Below, in pieces: positions 52,844 through 58,642 of a stretch of 58,642 nucleotides of DNA. Origin of the DNA: an uncultured Candidatus Bathyarchaeia archaeon (GTDB lineage: Archaea; Thermoproteota; Bathyarchaeia; Bathyarchaeales; Bathycorpusculaceae). Below the pieces are notes generated by a model. It made no database searches. It had not been told where the DNA came from and was given only the letters and a program-made list of their open reading frames with translations. The DNA lies in NCBI GenBank assembly GCA_964620515.1, contig CAZUHG010000001.1:1-58642 (forward strand). Reading direction: 5' to 3'. The translations under genes were made by a program, and so were the position numbers. The number at the start of each line of letters is the position of its first letter. Position 1 is the first letter of the stretch.

Positions 52844-53296
52844 TTAGTATAAAAGTCCGCGTTTTTTTCTTTCTCTTTCTTCCTCGAAGTTTTCGCTTAG
52901 CTCTTCGTCTTCGTCAAATGCGGTTACCGTAATTGTGTCATCGTCTTTTTCTTGTTTCTCTTCAGAAGCATTGACTGTTTCTTTCATGACTTCCTCATTT
53001 TCAGTATTTTCACTTGTAGCCGTAGCTTCTTTTTGGAGGATGCCAGCCGTTGACGATTTCTCTAATTGTGTTTCCAACAAGCTAATTTTAGACTGCAGTT
53101 GATTTATCGCCTCTTGTTTTGCGGCATTTTTGTTCTTTAATTCCTGAATTGCTACTTTCTCGCTGAGTACTTTTGAGCGCGTCTCTAGTTGTTTTAGTTC
53201 TTCGTCCAAGTCGCGTGCTTCTTCTTCCAATCGTGCTTTTTCATTTTGTAAGTGTTCAATTTCGATTGGTTTACTCATTTTTGTGTCACGTTCCAT
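52844..53296 (-). CDS. acidic coiled-coil hypothetical protein
   Basis: 150-aa ORF with heptad-like LQNEKARLEEEARDLDEELKQLETRSKVL... and an acidic tail. It is divergent from the che operon. An alternative start is at 53278. Confidence 0.5.
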   Translation of the reverse strand: MERDTKMSKPIEIEHLQNEKARLEEEARDLDEELKQLETRSKVLSEKVAIQELKNKNAAKQEAINQLQSKISLLETQLEKSSTAGILQKEATATSENTENEEVMKETVNASEEKQEKDDDTITVTAFDEDEELSENFEEERERKKRGLLY

Positions 53297-53306
53297 GAGC
53301 GCAACG

Positions 53307-53370
53307 TATCGGATTTCTTACGATATTATTTAGCGGTTAGTCCGGTTTCGGAATATTACGAAATCCGATA
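53307..53370. promoter_or_regulatory. inverted repeat in the che upstream region
   Basis: TATCGGATTTC (53307-53317) and GAAATCCGATA (53360-53370) form perfect 11-bp arms, with partial extension (..ACGATATT / AATATTACG). Confidence 0.4.
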
Positions 53371-53683
53371 TACTACGTTTTCCGAGTTATATGCTGAGTT
53401 ACAAGATAAGTTTTACGAAAAGACGCTATATATTGAGAGTTCAACCGCTGAAAACCTTTTTACACATACTGATTTTACGTCATTTTTGCTCTCCAAATAC
53501 ACTTCTGTTGGTGTAAACGTGTTTCGTTGGGAATGATATCAGTTTGGAAGAGACTTTGGTGAGTTTGAAATGTAGACGTCCTTGTAGTGTTGTGCGCGAG
53601 TACGTATAATCGTATATATTAATACACAATACTTTTATATTTAGAATCAGAGTTAAAAAAGAGTATATGCGAGGCGAAATGAT

Positions 53684-54052
53684 ATGGGAACAGTTCTCGT
53701 AGTAGATGATGCCAAATTCATGAGAGCAGTGCTCACAAAAATAATCGCAGAGTCAGGCCATGAAGTAATAGCAGAAGCGTCCAACGGAGACGAAGCCATA
53801 CAACAATTCCAACAAGCAAAACCCGATTTAGTGCTGATGGACATAGTCATGCCACCAGGACCAAAAGCGAAGGACGGTATCGAAGCTCTCAAGCAGATAG
53901 TGATAACGAATCCAACAGCAAAAATCGTGATGGTCAGCTCTTATGGCCAACAAGCATTGATAGCTGAGGCCCTTAAAGCTGGCGCCAAAGATTTCATTGT
54001 GAAACCATTCCAACCTCAGAAAGTAATGGAAGCGCTCGCCAAGTATTGTTGA
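53684..54052 (+). CDS. cheY: chemotaxis response regulator CheY
   Basis: VLVVDDAKFMR...DLVLMDIVMP...IVMVSS...DFIVKPF; it is a receiver domain only. Confidence 0.9.
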   Translation: MGTVLVVDDAKFMRAVLTKIIAESGHEVIAEASNGDEAIQQFQQAKPDLVLMDIVMPPGPKAKDGIEALKQIVITNPTAKIVMVSSYGQQALIAEALKAGAKDFIVKPFQPQKVMEALAKYC

Positions 54053-54062
54053 GGCGCATCCA

Positions 54063-54692
54063 TTGCCGACTAATCTGTTAGATTCCACAGATGTAAGAGT
54101 GGAAAAGACAGTTCCTTTAGTCGACATCATAAAACTGCAAAAACTGAGCACTCAACCGAACTCGCGCGCACAGATTGCAACAGAATGCATAACATACCCT
54201 CAAATGAACCCAAACATCGAAGAGGTGCGGGTAGCCATGGCAGAGATGAGAGTCGAAAGCAAACCAATTGAACTAGTTACAAGCGTTGGATCATGTGTAG
54301 CCATTTGCCTATACGATTCAACAAGTAGGTGTGGGGGATTAGCTCATATAATGCTTCCGAACTCCGCCATCGCTCCGCAAGACTTTCCTCCAGGCAAATT
54401 CGCCGACACTGCAATCCCTGTTTTAGCAAACGCTGTGCGAGAAATCAGCGGAAAAGAAGCACGCCTCTCTGCAAAAATAGCTGGTGGCGCCAACATATTC
54501 AAGCTTGAGAGCAGCAATGGTCCGACCATTGGTGAAAAGAACATTGAAGCCGTCAAGATGGCGCTGAAAGCCACCAGAATCAAGTTGGTTGCTGAGGATG
54601 TTGGAGGTTCGTATGGACGTAGAATCACCTTCAACATTGGAAATGGCGCCGTAGCTATTCGATTTTCCAACGGAGAGATTAAGAGATTATGA
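54063..54692 (+). CDS. cheD: chemoreceptor glutamine deamidase CheD
   Basis: LVTSVGSCVAICLYDSTSRCGGLAHIMLPNS...GGANIF...IGEKNIEAVK..L....I.LVAEDVGGSYGRRITF. The TTG start gives an N-terminal extension of about 45 aa; an alternative ATG is at 54204. Confidence 0.88.
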   Translation: MPTNLLDSTDVRVEKTVPLVDIIKLQKLSTQPNSRAQIATECITYPQMNPNIEEVRVAMAEMRVESKPIELVTSVGSCVAICLYDSTSRCGGLAHIMLPNSAIAPQDFPPGKFADTAIPVLANAVREISGKEARLSAKIAGGANIFKLESSNGPTIGEKNIEAVKMALKATRIKLVAEDVGGSYGRRITFNIGNGAVAIRFSNGEIKRL

Positions 54693-55420
54693 AAAGAAAA
54701 ATCAAGAACAAACCAAATACAGCGGCAGAAAAGAAGGATTTAGGGATATTTTTGGAGCTTGGCAGCATCGGAGCAGGGCATGCTGCAACTTCCTTGTCGG
54801 AGATTCTTAAGCAGCAAATAACGATAGATATACCGCGAATCAGCACTGTTCCCCCTAACATTCTGCCAAAGTTCTATCACGATCACAATATGCCAGCAAC
54901 CGCGGTTTACATACACCTTGTGGGAAAATTAGAATGCCACTTTCTATTTATTTTTGAAATGCCTGAATTAAAAGAAATTACGACCATGATGACAAAGAAT
55001 CTTTTCGCCGAAGAAAGCGTATCTTACATGGAATCATCTGCGATAGAAGAACTTGGCAATATTCTAATCGGGTCATTTCTTACCGCGATTTCCGATTTCA
55101 CAGGGATAAACCTTATTTCAACACCGCCTCTACTCGTAGGCGCTCCCTTTGACTCTATAATTAGCGATTTCGTAATAAAATTAGCATCAACCTCGGGTGA
55201 AGCACTAGTTTTTGATGCTTGCTTCAAGCGTGCAGGCGGTTATTATGCACCTGCGCAACTCATGATATTTCCAAGCCCTGAACTGCGAGAGTTACTGATA
55301 CGCAAATCTAATGAAATTATCGATGAAGAAACTAAAAGCAATGATGTTGAACTGATTTGCGCTGAAAACCTGCCAAACGAAACTGAGGGCATTGCAAAGT
55401 CGCAGAAAACATCAAAGTAG
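54689..55420 (+). CDS. cheC: CheC-family protein (CheY-P phosphatase family), paralog 1
   Basis: LELGSIGAGHAATSLSEIL...IP and SSAIEELGNILIGSFLTAISDFTG...TPP. The second active-site motif S-x3-E-x2-N is intact. Confidence 0.85.
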   Translation: MKRKIKNKPNTAAEKKDLGIFLELGSIGAGHAATSLSEILKQQITIDIPRISTVPPNILPKFYHDHNMPATAVYIHLVGKLECHFLFIFEMPELKEITTMMTKNLFAEESVSYMESSAIEELGNILIGSFLTAISDFTGINLISTPPLLVGAPFDSIISDFVIKLASTSGEALVFDACFKRAGGYYAPAQLMIFPSPELRELLIRKSNEIIDEETKSNDVELICAENLPNETEGIAKSQKTSK

Positions 55421-55431
55421 TTGGTGAATGA

Positions 55432-56091
55432 ATGATGAACTCTAAAAAAAACTTCACTGACCTTGACATACTACTTGAAATTGGAAGTATGGGCGCTGGA
55501 CATGCGACCACAACCCTCTCACAGGTTCTGCATGAACCCATAAAAATTGACGTGCCAAGGGTCCACATTTCGCCGCCTCACCTTGTTCCGAGAATTTATG
55601 CGAAACATGACACGATTGTCGCTGCCGTTTTCATAAAGCTGAGGAGCACTGCGGACTGTGACCTTATGCTGATTTTCGAGGAAGAAGAAGCCAAGAAAAT
55701 CGCCGAGTTAATGATTAACGATGTAGTGGACGGTGAAGTCACCTCAGAAATGGTGATGTCTGCGATAGAAGAAATGGGATCTATAGTGCTGTGCGCCTTC
55801 CTCAACGCCATGGCAGATTTTACGCTTACTAAGCTTGTTTCAACCCCGCCGCAACTAATTATCGATTCCTTTGACGCGATCATCGACAGTCTTCTAATTA
55901 AGCAGGCGCTCTGCGCAGAGGTTGCAGTGATTTTTGACGCCCGCTTCAAACGAAACAACAGTTCAGCAGAAGGGTTCCTCATAACTTTTCCCAGTTATAA
56001 GCTTCAGAGGATGCTTGCCAAAAAAGGAAAAGAATGGTTGGACAATGAAAGCTCAGAGAAAAAAGATGTACTGCCCACTTTGATGGGATGA
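55432..56091 (+). CDS. cheC: CheC-family protein, paralog 2 (both active-site Asn replaced by Ser)
   Basis: DLDILLEIGSMGAGHATTTLSQVL...VP and MSAIEEMGSIVLCAFLNAMADFT...TPP. Confidence 0.8.
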   Translation: MMNSKKNFTDLDILLEIGSMGAGHATTTLSQVLHEPIKIDVPRVHISPPHLVPRIYAKHDTIVAAVFIKLRSTADCDLMLIFEEEEAKKIAELMINDVVDGEVTSEMVMSAIEEMGSIVLCAFLNAMADFTLTKLVSTPPQLIIDSFDAIIDSLLIKQALCAEVAVIFDARFKRNNSSAEGFLITFPSYKLQRMLAKKGKEWLDNESSEKKDVLPTLMG

Positions 56092-56124
56092 AATTTGGAA
56101 ACGTGAAGGCACGAACGTGAGAAA

Positions 56125-57084
56125 ATGGAAATCACACAAGTCAAGCAAAACATGAGGAAACCGGGTGAGACGATGTCAATTGAAGACTTCCTTGAGAATG
56201 TAGCTTACCAAAAACTGATAAAGTTGCTGCATGAGACGGTTGGGCTTGACTGTAATTGTTACCGCGAAGAATATCTCAAAAGGCGACTTGCTGTTCGATT
56301 AAGGGCGACTGACACCAACACTTACCGCTGTTATGTACGGTACTTGAAGAAAAACCCAGCCGAGTACAATCTTTTTCTTAATAATTTGACAATTAACTAC
56401 ACTTCGTTTTTCAGAGATAGCGATGTGTACGCTTACCTTGAAAAAAACATTCTCCCAAAACTTTTCAAGTCTACTGAAGTTAGAATCTGGAGCGCAGGCT
56501 GCGCGACAGGTGAAGAGCCGTACTCATTGGCTATTTTGATTCATAGATTGCTCGGTAAAGAGTTGTCAAATCATCAGGTCACGATTTTCGCCTCAGATCT
56601 TGACGAGGATGCTTTGGCTAAAGCTTTAAAGGGCGAGTACAACAAAAAACAGCTGAAAGGTCTTGAATACTCGTTAATTAACAAGTATTTTTCGAGCAAC
56701 GGCGAGTCGTACCGAGTGAAAGATTTCGTTAGACCGCTGATTCGTTTTGAAAAGCATGACTTGATGAAGACTGCTTTGCATAATGGCTTAGATCTAATAC
56801 TTTGCAGGAATGTTATGATATTTTTCGCAAAGGAAAGCCAACAGCAAATTCACATGCACTTCTGGAACGCGCTGCGAGAAGGGGGCTATCTTGTAACTGG
56901 AAAATCTGAGATGCTAAGCGGTGAACCAAGTACGAAATTTTCGTGTGTCAATGTTACTTGCCGCGTTTATCAAAAGTCGCTGGCAAACGTCGGTCATAGA
57001 TCGTTCTACGATTTAGGTGTAGCGAAAAAAGACACACTTAATCTAAATAGTCCAGTTAGGGGGCAATGGATAGTTGTACAGTAG
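56125..57084 (+). CDS. cheR: chemotaxis protein methyltransferase CheR
   Basis: TSFFRDSDVYAYLEKNILPKL...VRIWSAGCATGEEPYSLAILI...DLILCRNVMIFF. Confidence 0.9.
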   Translation: MEITQVKQNMRKPGETMSIEDFLENVAYQKLIKLLHETVGLDCNCYREEYLKRRLAVRLRATDTNTYRCYVRYLKKNPAEYNLFLNNLTINYTSFFRDSDVYAYLEKNILPKLFKSTEVRIWSAGCATGEEPYSLAILIHRLLGKELSNHQVTIFASDLDEDALAKALKGEYNKKQLKGLEYSLINKYFSSNGESYRVKDFVRPLIRFEKHDLMKTALHNGLDLILCRNVMIFFAKESQQQIHMHFWNALREGGYLVTGKSEMLSGEPSTKFSCVNVTCRVYQKSLANVGHRSFYDLGVAKKDTLNLNSPVRGQWIVVQ

Positions 57085-58642
57085 TGAATTCGAACAGCCT
57101 TGGAAGAGCGTCACATGCTCTGAAGAGCAAGGTGAGTGGTCGTTTGACAGTAGATACTAACCAGTATAGAGAAGTATTCATCGAAGAGGCAAAAGAACAC
57201 ATTGGTGCACTTACAAAATCACTATTAACGCTGGAGAAAGACCGCCAAAACATAGAAATTGTCAACATGCTTTTCCGGTCAGCCCACACCCTTAAAGGTT
57301 CTTCGGGCATGATGGGTTACAAAGATCTTCAAGAGCTCACCCATGCTATGGAGGACATCTTTGATGACATGCGGAAGGGTAGCAAACCTTCAAGCAATCT
57401 AATCAGTGTTCTTCTTGAATGTGTAGATGCACTCTCGGCGAAGTTAGACAACATACAGAACATGGTTGAAAAAGAAATTGATGTTGCAGGTTTCACACAG
57501 AAGCTTCAGGAAGCAACTGAACTTCCTCCGCCTGAAGAACCAAAAGAAACGCAGGTTCCACCCACGGAAACTATTGAAACCACCGCCATAGAACTCGATG
57601 AAACTGAAAAAGAAGCGATATTAAAGGCTGAAAGCTGTGGTGAGCACTTTTATTTCGTAGGTCTGAAGTTTAGCAGAGACTGCGCCTTCAAAAGTGTCAG
57701 ATCAATCTTGGTTCTAAGCAAGATTTCCGAATTGGCAGAAATAATCAGGACACAGCCCGACCAAACAGAACTTGAAGCCTTCAAAGAGGAAAAGCTTGAC
57801 TTCGGATTGGAGATAGCGATCACCAGCAAATTTGAAGCGGCTGAAATTGAAAAATGCGTCCGCCAAGTTTGCGAGATAGAAAGCGTGCGCGTTGCTCGCT
57901 TCAGCCCTACTGTACCGCAGAAAGAAAAAGTTGAAACAGCAATTGAAACAGAAACAGTGGTTGAAGCCGAAGTAAGAGACGAAATGAAAGACAGAATAGA
58001 AGCTGAACCAGAAATAGAAGATGAAGCAGCAGCTGAAATAGAAATTAAGGCTTATGCTGCAGGTTCAGCAGAGACTCAACAGGAGGTGCCTCAGGTAGCT
58101 GTGCTTGAAGAGCCAGAAGAAACAGAGCAGCTGCCTATGGAAACTGCTGAAAGCACCACCGTAGAACCCGCTGAAGCGCCCGTAGAACCTCGTTCTGATG
58201 AGCAGAGTGGCCAGGTGACTGAAGCGGCAAAGCTGTTTGCTGAAGTGCGTGCTGCTCAGACTGTTAGGGTGAAATTTGAGCAGCTTGACAAAATAATGAA
58301 TTTAGTTGGCGAGCTAGTCATCAACAAAATTGCTTTGCTCCAAGTGACCTCGGACAATAGAAACGGAGAGGCAAAACGCATTGCTGGAAACATTGACCGT
58401 CTCACATCCGACCTTCATGACCTCGTAATGAAAGTGCGAATGGTTCCAGTGAGTCAAATCTTTGATAGATTTCCAAGGTTGGTAAGAGACCTTTCAATGC
58501 AGAAAGCTAAACAAATTGACCTCGTAATGGAAGGAAGAGACATTGAAATTGATCGAACGGTGCTAGATGAAGTTGGAGAGCCACTGATACATCTGCTCAG
58601 AAACAGCATTGACCATGGAATAGAAACACCTGACGAAAGAAA
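57066..58642 (+). CDS. cheA: chemotaxis histidine kinase CheA (3'-truncated by the window end)
   Basis: The frame was translated manually from the ATG at 57066 to the window end with no stop. It has the HPt motif FRSAHTLKGSSGMMG, a dimerisation region (VRVKFEQLDKIMNLVGELVINK) and the start of the kinase N-box (EPLIHLLRNSIDHGIETPDERK). It overlaps the cheR end by 19 nt and is absent from the ORF track because it has no stop. Confidence 0.9.
   Translation, partial: MDSCTVVNSNSLGRASHALKSKVSGRLTVDTNQYREVFIEEAKEHIGALTKSLLTLEKDRQNIEIVNMLFRSAHTLKGSSGMMGYKDLQELTHAMEDIFDDMRKGSKPSSNLISVLLECVDALSAKLDNIQNMVEKEIDVAGFTQKLQEATELPPPEEPKETQVPPTETIETTAIELDETEKEAILKAESCGEHFYFVGLKFSRDCAFKSVRSILVLSKISELAEIIRTQPDQTELEAFKEEKLDFGLEIAITSKFEAAEIEKCVRQVCEIESVRVARFSPTVPQKEKVETAIETETVVEAEVRDEMKDRIEAEPEIEDEAAAEIEIKAYAAGSAETQQEVPQVAVLEEPEETEQLPMETAESTTVEPAEAPVEPRSDEQSGQVTEAAKLFAEVRAAQTVRVKFEQLDKIMNLVGELVINKIALLQVTSDNRNGEAKRIAGNIDRLTSDLHDLVMKVRMVPVSQIFDRFPRLVRDLSMQKAKQIDLVMEGRDIEIDRTVLDEVGEPLIHLLRNSIDHGIETPDER

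Noticed and set aside
53252-53536. 94-aa plus-strand ORF in the che upstream region.
   Set aside because: It lies in A/T-rich intergenic DNA and overlaps the start of the divergent coiled-coil gene. Its composition (Phe/Tyr/Ser/Thr) fits translated A/T-rich non-coding sequence, and no ribosome-binding context was seen.
1-58642. tRNA, rRNA, SRP RNA and RNase P RNA genes, transposases, integrases, CRISPR-cas and toxin-antitoxin pairs.
   Set aside because: Reading all intergenic regions over 100 nt showed no cloverleaf-compatible sequences or conserved ncRNA core motifs. No ORF had transposase, integrase, Cas or typical TA-family signatures. Computational scans (tRNAscan-SE, Infernal) would be needed to confirm their absence.

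Overview
This is an archaeal chromosomal window. Evidence: archaeal/eukaryotic-type ribosomal proteins (P1/L12, S2, S19e, L39e, L31e, LX), aIF6, prefoldin alpha, tRNA-splicing endonuclease, DGGGP synthase and a CdvB-type ESCRT-III protein. Starts are often GTG/TTG, adjacent genes often overlap by 1-13 nt, and there are A/T-rich TATA-like boxes and oligo-T terminators. I infer an uncultivated TACK/Thermoproteota (Bathyarchaeia-like) source, but did not verify this. Most of the window is housekeeping. It holds the enolase-S2-MEMO-L12 cluster and the conserved S19e/PDCD5-like/L39e/L31e/aIF6/LX/prefoldin/FtsY cluster. It also holds GlyRS, AsnRS, EndA, RNase HI, and two divergently arranged group-3 [NiFe]-hydrogenase operons: a HoxEFUYH-type operon and a sulfhydrogenase-type operon with fused beta-gamma subunits. 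Other genes include an ADP-forming acetyl-CoA synthetase fused to a GNAT domain, a small membrane-lipid cluster, an ABC importer, and a chemotaxis operon cheY-cheD-cheC-cheC-cheR-cheA, with cheA running off the 3' end. No rRNA, tRNA, CRISPR array, transposase or integrase was recognised. The less ordinary observations are listed here and detailed in the findings. (1) A 108-bp element occurs as a near-identical inverted pair 24 kb apart, with a diverged third copy; each copy lies upstream of and co-oriented with a gene in a divergent intergenic region. (2) Three tandem GTCAAG-N4-CTTGAC palindromes lie upstream of a membrane protein gene. (3) A three-gene module has two B12-binding radical SAM enzymes flanking an FNR-like flavoprotein. 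(4) A tandemly duplicated surface-protein unit retains a relic of the neighbouring regulator's start. (5) A small membrane protein has a p24/emp24 GOLD-like sequence pattern. (6) A CDF transporter carries three tandem cytoplasmic domains. (7) A CdvB/ESCRT-III gene stands alone. All calls come from reading the ORF translations and the nucleotide sequence by eye; no searches were run.
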